A stretch of 32,000 nucleotides of DNA, taken from Parasynechococcus marenigrum WH 8102 (GTDB lineage Bacteria > Cyanobacteriota > Cyanobacteriia > PCC-6307 > Cyanobiaceae). The stretch's first letter is position 1; every line of letters begins with the position of its first letter. A program made the translations under genes and the position numbers. The stretch lies in contig NC_005070.1 of NCBI RefSeq assembly GCF_000195975.1, positions 1,920,001 to 1,952,000 of the forward strand. Reading direction: 5' to 3'. This document shows positions 9,191 to 18,601 of the stretch, piece by piece. The notes beneath the pieces were generated by a model that was not told the DNA's origin, did no database searches, and was given only the letters and a program-made list of their open reading frames with translations.

Positions 9191-10186
9191 TTAAGCGCTT
9201 TGAAATGGGTTGGACGGTGTGCGCACCGTGCATTGCTGCCGCGCCACGGTCAGCTGATCCAGTTCTTCAGAGGTCAGTGACCATTTGAGGGTTCCGGCAA
9301 CATCCCTAGCTTGCTTTGGGGTTCTAAGGCCCGGGATCGGCGTGGTCCCCTGGGCTCGACACCAGTTGAGGGCCACCTGGGCCATCGAAACACTGCGCTG
9401 GCCGGCAATGGTCGCCACAACGGCGCGAAGTGAGCGGCTGGCTGGTTGCAACCTGGCGAGCAGCTGCCGTTGCAGGACGGTTCTCGGTCGTCGCTCACCG
9501 TCTGGCGGCATGGTCAGCACACCGAAAGCAAGCGGGCTGTAGGCCAGCACCTCGATGCCACGCTCACGGCAGAGCTGTCGCAATGCATCAACCTTGGCGT
9601 CCCCCGATGAGAGCAGCGAATACTGCACCTGCACACTGCGCAGGGGAACTCCTCGCTCCGCCAGGCGTTGCTGCATCCAGGCCAGCCGTTTCGGGCCGAT
9701 GTTGGATACCCCGATTTCGCTGATGGAGCCATCCAGAACGCGATCTGCCAGACCATCGAGAAGCTGCACCTCCTGCCAGGGGGCGTAGCGAGCAGTGCTC
9801 CAGTGCAGCTGCACGCGTCGTAGATGGCCCTGAAGCCGCTGACGACTCGCCTGAAGCGCCTGATCCAGGCCCCGCCGCCCGAGCCGCCAGGGGAAGGGCG
9901 CCAATTTGGTGGCGATGCAGAGATCCGCCCGTCGCGTCGCTGGCAGTCGTGCTGCGAACCGCCCCAGCAGCTGTTCACTACGACCATTGAGCCGCCCGGT
10001 GCCGTAGGAATCAGCGGTATCGATCAGGCCAAGACCCGATGCAAGGGCCTGGCGAAAGGTCTCCTCCAGAAGGCGGTCATCCCGTTCGGCGTCGTACCCC
10101 CACAACAGTTGATTGCCCCAGGCCCAGGTGCCGAATCCGATGCCGTTCAACGCGTCACCTCCTCTGCCCGTCATGATCGCCTCCAT
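9191..10186 (-). CDS. aldo/keto reductase family oxidoreductase
   Basis: GFGTWAWG..., LIDTADSYG(T)GRLNGRSEQLLG and a later KLAPFPWR are aldo/keto reductase signatures. ATG 10186 or ATG 10174 is the plausible start. The 367-aa track ORF carries an unlikely Arg/Cys-rich extension. Confidence 0.8.
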   Translation of the reverse strand: MEAIMTGRGGDALNGIGFGTWAWGNQLLWGYDAERDDRLLEETFRQALASGLGLIDTADSYGTGRLNGRSEQLLGRFAARLPATRRADLCIATKLAPFPWRLGRRGLDQALQASRQRLQGHLRRVQLHWSTARYAPWQEVQLLDGLADRVLDGSISEIGVSNIGPKRLAWMQQRLAERGVPLRSVQVQYSLLSSGDAKVDALRQLCRERGIEVLAYSPLAFGVLTMPPDGERRPRTVLQRQLLARLQPASRSLRAVVATIAGQRSVSMAQVALNWCRAQGTTPIPGLRTPKQARDVAGTLKWSLTSEELDQLTVARQQCTVRTPSNPFQSA

Positions 10187-10335
10187 TGACGGACTCCCAT
10201 GGCTGAACACCAGACGGCCACTTCCATGCCAACGGCGAACCCGGCAGCGGGTGAATCGACAGAACCGGTTGAGGAGCGCATCCTCTGCCAACACTGCCGG
10301 CGCACGGCAAGCAACGGCATCCGCTGTCTCGGCAT

Positions 10336-10842
10336 GTGCGTGGCCGACAGCGACTACTGATGCTGCTGCCGCTTCTGTTGGTGCTGATGGGCATCCACGT
10401 CGCCAGCAGCGATGCAGTCGGCAACGACCGTTTCGGCCGTTTGGATACGGGCGTGTCCGGCTGTCGTCTGACTCAGGCCGAGCGCTCCATGGGCTGCCAG
10501 CGGCTGCAACTCAGCCAAACCAGCAGCATCGGTCTGCGCATCCGCTTCAGCGGACTCAGTGAAGAGGACCCGGGCCGGACCCACCAGCTGACATTCGTGA
10601 CGGGCCCTGGCACCGGCGATCCGGTTTTGAGCTGTCAGAACGGACGCTGCCGCCTGGCCGCATCCTCCTGGAGCGGAACCATCACCAGCAGTTCCCTGGT
10701 GGTCTTCGATCAACGCGGTCTGCCGATCGGCTTGCCGAGCAATCGACCGACCACCGGTGCGTGCAGCATCAACGAACGACGCCTCAACTGCGAGAGTCAG
10801 ACGCGTGATGGACTTCAACGAAGCGCGGAGGCCCGGCTGTGA
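10336..10842 (+). CDS. hypothetical secreted Cys-containing protein
   Basis: The GTG-initiated ORF has a textbook signal peptide (MRGRQRLLMLLPLLLVLMGIHVASS) and 6 Cys in the mature part. I recognise no family. The competing antisense ORF 10354-10995 runs through a tRNA gene and is implausible. Confidence 0.5.
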   Translation: MRGRQRLLMLLPLLLVLMGIHVASSDAVGNDRFGRLDTGVSGCRLTQAERSMGCQRLQLSQTSSIGLRIRFSGLSEEDPGRTHQLTFVTGPGTGDPVLSCQNGRCRLAASSWSGTITSSSLVVFDQRGLPIGLPSNRPTTGACSINERRLNCESQTRDGLQRSAEARL

Positions 10843-10853
10843 ATATCGATCGA

Positions 10854-10924
10854 AGGCGGCACCCAGATTCGAACTGGGGATAAAGGATTTGCAATCCTCT
10901 GCCTTACCACTTGGCCATGCCGCC
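10854..10924 (-). tRNA. tRNA-Cys (GCA)
   Basis: The reverse complement GGCGGCATGGCCAAGTGGTAAGGCAGAGGATTGCAAATCCTTTATCCCCAGTTCGAATCTGGGTGCCGCCT folds as a cloverleaf. It has a 7-bp acceptor stem, an anticodon loop TTGCAAA, a T-arm CCCAG/TTCGAAT/CTGGG and discriminator U73, which is typical of tRNA-Cys. CCA is not encoded. Confidence 0.92.
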
Positions 10925-10978
10925 GATCGGGAACGGCCGTTCCCATTAGGCGATCGTATCAGCCACAACGATGCTGGA

Positions 10979-12199
10979 TTGCTGGTGGTCTGCAATGGCC
11001 ACGGGGAGGATCTGATCGCTCTGCGGGTGCTGGAACAACTGCATGCCCAGTGCCCCGCCCTGAAGCTGGAAGTGCTGCCATTGGTGGGTCAGGGGCGTGT
11101 TTTTGACGATGCGATTCAGAACGGCTGGCTGCAACGGATCGGTCCAGCGGCCGCCCTCCCCAGTGGAGGATTCAGCAACCAGAGCATCACCGGATTGCTG
11201 GCGGACCTGAAGGCCGGCCTTCCCCTACTCAGCTGGCAACAGTGGCGCTTGATCGGTAAGCGGGCTCGCGCCGGCCTCAAGCTGCTGGCGATCGGTGATC
11301 TCCTCCCCCTGCTGATGGCCTGGAGCAGTGGCGCCCGTTATGGCTTCATCGGCACCCCGAAGAGCGACTACACCTGGTGCAGCGGCCCTGGCCAAAGCCC
11401 CAGCGATCGTTACCACCGGCTGAAAGGCAGCGAATGGGATCCATGGGAGTGGATGCTGATGCGAGCGGCACGCTGCCGGTTGGTGGCCATGCGCGATGGG
11501 TTGACCGCCCGCGGACTGCAGCGCCATGGCGTGCGGGCCCTGGCACCGGGCAATCCGATGATGGATGGCCTGGCGAACGGTGATCTTCCCGCCAGCCTTG
11601 GACGCTGCAGGCGGGTGCTGCTGCTGTGTGGAAGCCGCATACCAGAGGCCCTACGGAACTTCCGCCGGCTGCTGGATGGCGTCAGCCGGCTGAAGGCCGA
11701 CCAGCCGATTGCCGTTCTTGTTGCTGTCGGCAGCCAACCGAGCCTGGATCAACTCGAACCAATCCTTCGCGATCAAAAGTTCCGCCGCGGCCTGCCTCCC
11801 TCCGACCAGCTCGATGCCGCGGCCTGCTGGGTGAAGGGACCTCTGCTGGTGCTGATCGGCGTGAAGCGTTTCCAAACCTGGGCCAGCTGGGCGGAAGCTG
11901 GCGTGGCCACCGCCGGCACCGCGACGGAACAACTGGTAGGGCTTGGAATTCCGGCCCTGTCACTGCCGGGGCCGGGGCCACAGTTCCAGTGGCCCTTCGC
12001 ACGGCGCCAAAGCCGCCTGCTGGGGGGAGCTGTGCGCCCCTGCAGCTCCACGGAGGAGCTCCACGGCAGGTTGCAGCAACTGCTGGACAACCCGCCGCTG
12101 CGGGAACGCCTCGGTCGGATCGGCCAACGACGGATGGGGCCTCCCGGGGGAAGCGCCCGCCTTGCCGCGTTGATCCTGGAACGGCTGCACGGATACTGA
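10979..12199 (+). CDS. lipid-A-disaccharide synthase-related (LpxB-like glycosyltransferase family) protein
   Basis: LLVVCNGHGEDLIALRVLEQL... and the overall layout match the cyanobacterial 'lipid-A-disaccharide synthase-related protein' family as I remember it. The track ORF (from 10757) crosses tRNA-Cys. Only TTG 10979, CTG 10982 or GTG 10985 are available as starts. Confidence 0.68.
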   Translation: MLVVCNGHGEDLIALRVLEQLHAQCPALKLEVLPLVGQGRVFDDAIQNGWLQRIGPAAALPSGGFSNQSITGLLADLKAGLPLLSWQQWRLIGKRARAGLKLLAIGDLLPLLMAWSSGARYGFIGTPKSDYTWCSGPGQSPSDRYHRLKGSEWDPWEWMLMRAARCRLVAMRDGLTARGLQRHGVRALAPGNPMMDGLANGDLPASLGRCRRVLLLCGSRIPEALRNFRRLLDGVSRLKADQPIAVLVAVGSQPSLDQLEPILRDQKFRRGLPPSDQLDAAACWVKGPLLVLIGVKRFQTWASWAEAGVATAGTATEQLVGLGIPALSLPGPGPQFQWPFARRQSRLLGGAVRPCSSTEELHGRLQQLLDNPPLRERLGRIGQRRMGPPGGSARLAALILERLHGY

Positions 12200-12218
12200 A
12201 GGACCGCCACTGGGACCC

Positions 12219-12476
12219 ATGGCAGCCATTCAGGACTCCGAATACGTCAAACTCTGCGCCCAACTGGCCAGCCGACTGAGCATCAGCCTGGCCAGTGCCC
12301 GGCGCCAGGTGGATCAGGCGGCAGCCCGCGAGGGCAAGCGTGACCTGGAGGGACGACGGGCCATGGCCCAATCCATGCTCACCGCCCTGGACAACAGCGA
12401 CGAGGGAAGCGTCGAGCGCTTGACCGCGTTGCTGAGTTCGAGCGAGGGAGACGGCAACTTCATCCTCGAAGACTGA
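12219..12476 (+). CDS. small acidic hypothetical protein (85 aa)
   Basis: This ATG-initiated ORF fills the gap between two confident genes. It is helical and acidic (ends ...SSEGDGNFILED). I recognise no family. Confidence 0.45.
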   Translation: MAAIQDSEYVKLCAQLASRLSISLASARRQVDQAAAREGKRDLEGRRAMAQSMLTALDNSDEGSVERLTALLSSSEGDGNFILED

Positions 12477-12486
12477 ACGTTGAAGC

Positions 12487-13131
12487 TCAGTGCTCGAAGG
12501 TCTGGTTGAAGCGCATCCGATCCAGATCCGCGATCACAGGAATGCATCCGAAGCAACGCTGCGCCAGATCCCAGCGCCCCTCACGACGCAGCATGGCTTC
12601 CAGCTTCTGACGTGCCGGCAGCAGATAGCGCACATCATTGGCGGCGTAGGCGAGCTGAACATCGCTGAGCTCATCCACCCGGCCCCAGTCGCTGCTCTGG
12701 GCACCCTTGTCGAGTTCAACCCCGACCAGCTCCATCACCAGGTCCTTCAAACCATGGCGGGGTGTGTAGGTGCGACCAAGACGGCTACCCACCTTGGTGC
12801 AGAAGATGGGGCTGACGGCGATGCCGAGGCCGCTGGCCAGCGCTGCCACATCGAAGCGGGCGAAGTGGAAGACCTTTTCCACGGAAGCGGCCTCCAGGAG
12901 CCGCTGCAGATTGGGCGCCGAGGTCTGACCAAGTCCGATCCGAATGCAGCAGACCCGATCGTCGGCATCAGCGATCTGAACCAGGCAGAGACGATCACGG
13001 CCATGGATCAGACCCATCGCCTCGGTGTCCACCGCCAGGGCGGACATGCGCAGGTATCGCTCGGTCCAATCCGCATCCAGATCGCCGTCAAAGACCGCGA
13101 ATTCAGCGGGAGCAGGAAGCGAATCGGCCAT
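12487..13131 (-). CDS. rnd: RNase D-like 3'-5' exonuclease (DEDDy domain only)
   Basis: The product is 214 aa. The motifs are LAVDTEAMGL (Exo I), VFHFARFDVAAL (Exo II) and LAYAANDVRYL (Exo III, DEDDy). No HRDC domain is appended. Confidence 0.8.
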   Translation of the reverse strand: MADSLPAPAEFAVFDGDLDADWTERYLRMSALAVDTEAMGLIHGRDRLCLVQIADADDRVCCIRIGLGQTSAPNLQRLLEAASVEKVFHFARFDVAALASGLGIAVSPIFCTKVGSRLGRTYTPRHGLKDLVMELVGVELDKGAQSSDWGRVDELSDVQLAYAANDVRYLLPARQKLEAMLRREGRWDLAQRCFGCIPVIADLDRMRFNQTFEH

Positions 13132-13157
13132 GGAAACACGCAGTCAGCAGCTCCAGT

Positions 13158-13634
13158 GTGGCCAGCGACAGGGCCGTCGGAACGCCACTGAAATTCCCTC
13201 TTGAATCTCAAAATGAGATCGACTTTGATGGAACCAGTGCTTCTGTTGCTGTGTTCTCCCGCCGCAAGCCGTCCAGAACCTGCCTGGCCGATATCGAACA
13301 GTATTTTCGCCAGCCACCACCACAGTTCCTCGACCTGGAACTGGCGGTGTGCTGGGTGCTCGAGTGCCTGCTGAAGGACGACAACTATCCCTCCGGGCTG
13401 CTGCAGAAACTGATGCGGGAGGAGCCCCAGCTGCGCCTTTCCGAGACGGTGCTTCAGCAGGCCTTGGACTTCCTCGAGCAACAGGGTTCCATCAGCACCT
13501 ACACCCAGCGCTGCCCGAGCCGTGGTCGCCCCCGCCGGATGCTGCATCTGATGCCGGATGCCAGGGGCCAGGCCGAACAGCTGATGTCCCCGTGGCACAG
13601 CTGGCTGGAATCCCACCGGCTGGTGTTGAACTAA
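13158..13634 (+). CDS. PadR-like winged-helix transcriptional regulator (putative)
   Basis: LELAVCWVLECLLKDDNYPSGLLQKL....TVLQQALDFLEQQGSISTY......GRPRRMLHLMPDARGQ follows the PadR pattern (helix-turn-helix, then a wing with R+.Y.lT..G). The start is uncertain. Confidence 0.5.
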   Translation: MASDRAVGTPLKFPLESQNEIDFDGTSASVAVFSRRKPSRTCLADIEQYFRQPPPQFLDLELAVCWVLECLLKDDNYPSGLLQKLMREEPQLRLSETVLQQALDFLEQQGSISTYTQRCPSRGRPRRMLHLMPDARGQAEQLMSPWHSWLESHRLVLN

Positions 13635-13679
13635 CGCGATCAAAGACGGCTTAGAACAGTCGGACCTGAGAGCTGGTTC

Positions 13680-14234
13680 ATGCCTGCGGGCTTTCAATCC
13701 ACCCTGCTGCTGACCGTCCTGCTGGCGATTGGCCTGGTGTTTTTCCTGCGCGCCGCCAGCAAGGACCGCACCACCGTTGTGGATGTGCACTCCCCCAGGC
13801 CAGCCCTGGAGGTGTTGAGCGGTCTGAGCGACTGGCTGGAGCAACGGGGCTGGAGCCGGGACGGCGGCGATGCTGATCGGCAGGTGTTGCGCTTCCGGGG
13901 GTCTGTGGCCGCCAGCCAACCGCTGGCGGTGTTGTTGTCCGTTCTGGCCGCCATAGGCGGCACCTGTTTCGGCCTTGTGCTTCGCCAGCTGGCTCCGCAG
14001 CTCAGCTGGTGGCCGCTGCTGCTGATCCTGCTCGGCCCTGCGGCCGGCTCTGTTTACAGCCGGCGGGCAGCCCGCACCGAGGCGCTGGAACTGCAACTGC
14101 TGCAGGAGCACAACGAAGCCGGCATCACGGTTCGTCTTCGCGCGCACCGTGATGAGTTGATCGCCATCGAGCTGGAACTGGCGGACAGCCTTCAGCTCTC
14201 CAGTGACGGCTCCCTGCTGTCGTCACCGATCTGA
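13680..14234 (+). CDS. three-TM membrane protein, possibly CCB1-like (cofactor assembly of cytochrome b6f complex C)
   Basis: The product is 184 aa. TM1 (TLLLTVLLAIGLVFFL) is followed by RAASKDRTT, then a soluble loop, then two adjacent TM helices. Size and topology fit the cyanobacterial and plastid CCB1 (DUF3529) family from memory. The functional call is tentative. Confidence 0.45.
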   Translation: MPAGFQSTLLLTVLLAIGLVFFLRAASKDRTTVVDVHSPRPALEVLSGLSDWLEQRGWSRDGGDADRQVLRFRGSVAASQPLAVLLSVLAAIGGTCFGLVLRQLAPQLSWWPLLLILLGPAAGSVYSRRAARTEALELQLLQEHNEAGITVRLRAHRDELIAIELELADSLQLSSDGSLLSSPI

Positions 14235-14242
14235 TCAGACGC

Positions 14243-15082
14243 ATGCCCGGGCACACAAGCAGTCATCGGCAACGGTGCGGCAAACATCTCAGCCTCGGTG
14301 GGCTGGCGTTGACGCTTCTGCTCTGCCCCGCCACGACGGCCCAGCCACGCCAGAACTGGCTCACCCCTCAACCAAAACCCGCGCCACAGGCACCTAGGAC
14401 GGCTCCAGCAACGCCATGCCCCGTCAGCGGCAACCCCGATCCCCTTCTGGGGCCCCGCACCCGCATGCCGGGACGCTGGGTTGGGCGGGGAGCGGTCAAG
14501 CCCGATCTGCCCATCGTGGTGATGGCCGGCCACGCCGATTCCCAGGCCATGGCCAGTGCCGGAACACCGGGCTTTGCCGTGGACAAGCGGCGTCAGGCGC
14601 CGATGGATCCCCGCATGCGGGACGAGCTGTACTGGAACCTGCAGGTGCAGAAGGCCGTGGTGCGGCTGGGGCGAACCCGAGGTCTCAACATCAGCGCCTA
14701 CACACCACCGGCCCTCACCATCCGCAACGACGAGGACCCGAGAACCAACTGGTCCCAAGCCAAGACGCGTTCAGCCCGCGGCGACTACATCCTGGAGATT
14801 CACTTCGATGCCTACCGGCCCTACGGGTTCGGATCGGGTTTGATCCCGGCGATCAATCGACCTCTTCACGCAGTGGACGAGAGTCTTGCTCAGGCCTTCG
14901 GACGATTCCCACGACTCTTCCGTAGCGGCCTCGGTGGTCCCCGTCGTGGTATCGGCATCCTGGAAATCGCGATGCTGGAGCCGCCTCTGGAGAACAAGCT
15001 GCGCAACCCTTCCACCCGCTCCCAGACCCTGGAGTGCATTGCCGAGCGGGTGGTGAACGCCCTGGTTCAGGGGGTCAGTTGA
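14243..15082 (+). CDS. secreted protein, remote N-acetylmuramoyl-L-alanine amidase (Amidase_3)-like
   Basis: It has a signal-like N-terminus ([20 protein letters not shown]) and a Pro-rich linker. [10 protein letters not shown] and [10 protein letters not shown] resemble the metal-ligand motifs of Amidase_3 enzymes (GHGG..D and SIHaNa). The function is tentative. Confidence 0.45.
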   Translation: MPGHTSSHRQRCGKHLSLGGLALTLLLCPATTAQPRQNWLTPQPKPAPQAPRTAPATPCPVSGNPDPLLGPRTRMPGRWVGRGAVKPDLPIVVMAGHADSQAMASAGTPGFAVDKRRQAPMDPRMRDELYWNLQVQKAVVRLGRTRGLNISAYTPPALTIRNDEDPRTNWSQAKTRSARGDYILEIHFDAYRPYGFGSGLIPAINRPLHAVDESLAQAFGRFPRLFRSGLGGPRRGIGILEIAMLEPPLENKLRNPSTRSQTLECIAERVVNALVQGVS

Positions 15083-16166
15083 TGGCGCCGTGGGGGCGGC
15101 AGCGGTCCTCCAGGGATGCATCACCAAGCCAGTCCTGGGGTTTGGTGAACAGCTCCGTCAGCAGAGCTTCTCTGGAGCCGGCCTCGGCCTTGTAGCCGTA
15201 TTCCCAGCGCACCAACGGCGGCAGCGACATCAGGATGGACTCGGTACGGCCGTTGGTCTGAAGGCCAAAGATCGTTCCCCGATCCCACACGAGGTTGAAT
15301 TCCACGTACCGGCCACGGCGATAGAGCTGGAATTGACGCTCGCGATCGCCATAGGCCATCGGATGGCGCTTCTCCACGATCGGCGCATAGGACGGAAGAA
15401 AGGCCCGGCCATTGGCCTGCCCCAGGGCGAACAGTTGCTCCCAGCCCAGGGGGCGAGCCCCCAGCTGAGCCGATACCCCTGCCGCGGGACCTGAAGGGTC
15501 CTGTCCTTTGTAGAGCACACCGCTGGAATCCTGATAGTCGTAGAAGATGCCACCGACGCCGCGGGTCTCACCGCGGTGCTTCAAGAAGAAGTACTCATCG
15601 CACCAGGGCTTGAACACCTTGTGCAGGTCTGGATGGACCGAATCGCAGGCCGCCTGATGGGTGCGATGGAAGTGACGGGCATCCTCCAGAAAGGGGTAGT
15701 AGGGCGTGAGGTCTGCCCCACCGCCGAACCACCACACCGGACCAGCCTCGAAGTAGCGGTAATTGAGATGAACCGTAGGGATGTAAGGGTTGTGCGGGTG
15801 CAGCACCATCGAGGTGCCCGTGGCAAACCACGGATGTCCCTTGGCCTCAGGACGTTGCTTGAGGATTGACGGTGGCAGCTCCTGACCCTGCACTTCCGAG
15901 AAGTTCACGCCGCCCTGCTCGAAGACAAGGCCCTCGCGCATCACCCGGGATCGCCCGCCGCCTCCCTCAGGCCGCTCCCAGCTCTCTTCGACGAATGTCC
16001 CTTCACCATCGAGGGACTCCAGACCTGCGCAGATCTCATCCTGCAATCCCATCACCATGGCCCGAGCCCGGGCCCGGGAATCCTCAGGCGGCAGCTCCAA
16101 AGCCGGCGCTGCGGTCCCATTGTTCTGTGAGCGGCCAAGCAGGCGTCGAACCAGGGAGCGAACCAT
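15075..16166 (-). CDS. hemF: oxygen-dependent coproporphyrinogen III oxidase
   Basis: [54 protein letters not shown] and [12 protein letters not shown] are HemF hallmarks. ATG 16166 ([11 protein letters not shown]...) is preferred over the longer track ORF. Confidence 0.9.
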   Translation of the reverse strand: MVRSLVRRLLGRSQNNGTAAPALELPPEDSRARARAMVMGLQDEICAGLESLDGEGTFVEESWERPEGGGGRSRVMREGLVFEQGGVNFSEVQGQELPPSILKQRPEAKGHPWFATGTSMVLHPHNPYIPTVHLNYRYFEAGPVWWFGGGADLTPYYPFLEDARHFHRTHQAACDSVHPDLHKVFKPWCDEYFFLKHRGETRGVGGIFYDYQDSSGVLYKGQDPSGPAAGVSAQLGARPLGWEQLFALGQANGRAFLPSYAPIVEKRHPMAYGDRERQFQLYRRGRYVEFNLVWDRGTIFGLQTNGRTESILMSLPPLVRWEYGYKAEAGSREALLTELFTKPQDWLGDASLEDRCRPHGAIN

Positions 16167-16283
16167 GAAGGCAGACCATTCGATCGAAGAACCTAAACAG
16201 GTGATGCCAGCCCAAGACAACACTCCGTCAGGGACTGTCACGGGAGGGCGCCCCTAGGATCCAGCCCGCAGCAGCACAATCCG

Positions 16284-17360
16284 ATGGTTTCGGTCGAGCA
16301 GGCAAACGGCGTTCTTGCTCAGATCCAGGATGCGGGCAGCGGCCGTGCCGTGACGGAACTCAGCTGGATTGATCAAATCCGGGTGGAAGGATCCCGTGTG
16401 GTCTTCCGACTCGCCCTGCCCGGTTTTGCCCAGGGGCAGCGTGAACGCATCGCTGGCGAAGCCCGTCAAGCGCTGCTGAGCTTGGACGGAATCGATGATG
16501 TGCAGATCGAACTGGGGCAGCCCCCCAGCCAGGGGGGAATCGGCCAGGCCGGCCATGGACAACCTGCAGAGCGTCAGTCCATCCCAGGCGTCCGCCAGGT
16601 GATCGCCGTCAGCAGCGGCAAGGGGGGCGTCGGCAAGAGCACCGTTGCGGTGAATCTGGCCTGCGCCCTGGCGCAGCAGGGGCTGAGCGTGGGGTTACTC
16701 GATGCCGACATCTACGGCCCGAATGCACCGACGATGCTCGGAGTGGCCGATCGCACACCGGAGGTGCGCGGCAGTGGCGACACGCAGCGGATGGTGCCGA
16801 TTGAAAGCTGCGGCGTCGCCATGGTCTCGATGGGGTTACTGATCGATGAACATCAGCCGGTGATCTGGCGTGGTCCGATGCTGAACGGCATCATCCGCCA
16901 GTTCCTGTACCAGGCCGATTGGGGTGAGCGCGACGTCCTGGTGGTGGATCTTCCCCCCGGCACTGGCGACGCCCAGCTGTCCCTGGCCCAGGCCGTGCCC
17001 ATGGCCGGCGTCGTCATCGTGACCACACCACAACAGGTCTCCCTGCAGGACGCCCGCCGTGGCTTGGCCATGTTCCGGCAACTGGGCATTCCGGTGCTTG
17101 GCGTCGCGGAAAACATGAGCGCCTTCATTCCGCCGGATCGCCCCGAACAGCGCTACGCCCTGTTCGGCAGTGGCGGCGGAGCCACCCTCGCTGCGGACTA
17201 TGACGTGCCCCTTCTGGCGCAGATCCCCATGGAGATGCCGGTGCAGGAAGGGGGTGACAGCGGACGCCCCATCGTGATCAGCCGGCCTGATTCCGCCAGT
17301 GCGCTGGAATTCCAGGGACTGGCTGAACGGGTGCTTCAGCAGGTCACCACAACGGCCTGA
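16284..17360 (+). CDS. mrp: Mrp/ApbC/NBP35-family Fe-S cluster carrier ATPase with N-terminal DUF59-like domain
   Basis: The deviant Walker A VIAVSSGKGGVGKSTVAVNLA is followed by LLDADIYGPN and VVDLPPGTGD. An N-terminal segment of about 90 aa resembles the DUF59 domain common in this family. Confidence 0.9.
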   Translation: MVSVEQANGVLAQIQDAGSGRAVTELSWIDQIRVEGSRVVFRLALPGFAQGQRERIAGEARQALLSLDGIDDVQIELGQPPSQGGIGQAGHGQPAERQSIPGVRQVIAVSSGKGGVGKSTVAVNLACALAQQGLSVGLLDADIYGPNAPTMLGVADRTPEVRGSGDTQRMVPIESCGVAMVSMGLLIDEHQPVIWRGPMLNGIIRQFLYQADWGERDVLVVDLPPGTGDAQLSLAQAVPMAGVVIVTTPQQVSLQDARRGLAMFRQLGIPVLGVAENMSAFIPPDRPEQRYALFGSGGGATLAADYDVPLLAQIPMEMPVQEGGDSGRPIVISRPDSASALEFQGLAERVLQQVTTTA

Positions 17361-17362
17361 CG

Positions 17363-18601
17363 ATGACGACCAGCCGCGGACGACGCCAACGATCCAGGGA
17401 ATGGATCCTCTGGGGCGTTCCGCTGGCCATGGTGGCCATCGCCGGCGTACTGATTGCCAGCACCCAACGCCAGGCCGACTACGCCGATTGGTATCACCAC
17501 TGGATCACCGCTGGAGTAGGAGCCTTGATAGCCCTGGCCCTGGCACGCCTGCCACTGCAACGGCTGCAGCCGCTGCTGATCCCGGTGTACGGCATGACGG
17601 TTCTCAGCCTGATCGCCGTGCGTTTGGTGGGCACCACCGCCCTGGGAGCACAGCGCTGGATCAGCATCGGCCCCGTCAATGTTCAGCCGTCCGAATTCGC
17701 AAAGATCGCGGCAATCCTGTTGCTGGGGGCTGTTCTGGCTCGACATCCGGTAGAGCGCCCGGTGGATCTGCTGCGGCCACTGGGGGTGATTTCCATCCCC
17801 TGGCTGCTGGTGTTCATCCAGCCGGACCTTGGCACATCACTGGTGTTCGGAGCCCTGATGCTCACGATGCTCTATTGGTCGGGTATGCCGATCGAATGGG
17901 TCGTGCTGCTGCTGTCTCCCCTGGTCACGGCGCTGCTGTCCGGTCTGGTGCCCTGGGGGATGGCGATCTGGATCCCACTAATGGCGGTCCTGGCGTTTCG
18001 GAGCCTGCCTTGGAAGCGGCTGGCAGCCGCCATCACCGTTGCCATCCACTCCCTGATGGCCGTGGTGACCCCCTGGCTGTGGATGAACGGCCTCAAGGAC
18101 TATCAACGCGATCGCCTGGTGCTGTTCCTCGACCCATCCCAGGATCCTCTCGGCGGTGGTTATCACCTGCTGCAGAGCAGCGTCGGCATCGGTTCCGGCG
18201 GGCTGTTCGGCACCGGTCTGCTGCAGGGTCAGTTGACCAAACTGCGCTTCATTCCTGAACAACACACGGATTTCATCTTCAGTGCCCTCGGCGAGGAAAC
18301 CGGTTTCATCGGCACGGTGCTGGTGGTGGCAGGCTTTGCCTTGTTGATGAGGCGCCTGCTGCAGGTGGCCCGTCACGCTCGCAGCGATTTCGAATCACTG
18401 GTGGTGGTCGGCATCGGAACCATGGTGATGTTCCAGGTGGTGGTGAACATCTTCATGACCATCGGACTCGGACCGATCACAGGCATCCCCCTGCCGTTCC
18501 TCAGCTACGGGCGCTCGGCAATGCTCGTCAATTTCATCTGTCTTGGCCTCTGCCTGTCTGTGGTGCGGCAGAGCCGAGTCGGCTCACTGGGTCGATGGTG
18601 A
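17363..18601 (+). CDS. SEDS-family (RodA/FtsW) peptidoglycan glycosyltransferase
   Basis: The product is 412 aa and polytopic. QPSEFAKI, DLGT(S)L, GGGYHLLQS..AIGSGGLFG(T)G, LPE.HTDFIF and PLPF(L)SYGRS are FtsW/RodA/SpoVE motifs. It starts 2 nt after the mrp stop. I cannot decide between RodA and FtsW. Confidence 0.85.
   Translation: MTTSRGRRQRSREWILWGVPLAMVAIAGVLIASTQRQADYADWYHHWITAGVGALIALALARLPLQRLQPLLIPVYGMTVLSLIAVRLVGTTALGAQRWISIGPVNVQPSEFAKIAAILLLGAVLARHPVERPVDLLRPLGVISIPWLLVFIQPDLGTSLVFGALMLTMLYWSGMPIEWVVLLLSPLVTALLSGLVPWGMAIWIPLMAVLAFRSLPWKRLAAAITVAIHSLMAVVTPWLWMNGLKDYQRDRLVLFLDPSQDPLGGGYHLLQSSVGIGSGGLFGTGLLQGQLTKLRFIPEQHTDFIFSALGEETGFIGTVLVVAGFALLMRRLLQVARHARSDFESLVVVGIGTMVMFQVVVNIFMTIGLGPITGIPLPFLSYGRSAMLVNFICLGLCLSVVRQSRVGSLGRW

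Noticed and set aside
10854-10924. tRNA genes (Cys at 10854-10924, Arg at 26701-26774) as possible genomic-island integration sites
   Set aside because: I found no integrase, no direct repeat of a tRNA 3' end and no compositional shift next to either tRNA. The flanking genes look like core housekeeping genes.
10354-10995. 213-aa minus-strand ORF, and the 5' extension of the 10757-12199 ORF
   Set aside because: Both read straight through the tRNA-Cys gene (10854-10924). I truncated the LpxB-related CDS to start after the tRNA and kept the plus-strand signal-peptide ORF instead.
11626-12371. Several 145-229-aa overlapping ORFs in both strands within the LpxB-related gene
   Set aside because: They are alternate-frame artefacts. 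The translations are low-complexity and rich in P, R, G and A, while the annotated frame has sensible composition and family resemblance.
13008-14147. 379-aa ORF on the minus strand
   Set aside because: It is antisense to two better-supported plus-strand genes (PadR-like and the 3-TM protein). Its translation is low-complexity and rich in Q, G, A, P and R, typical of off-frame reading of high-GC coding DNA. It has no recognisable motif.
17299-18258. 319-aa plus-strand ORF overlapping mrp and the SEDS gene in another frame
   Set aside because: The peptide is rich in Arg, Pro and Gly and has no hydrophobic structure. The SEDS frame gives a coherent polytopic membrane protein with family motifs.
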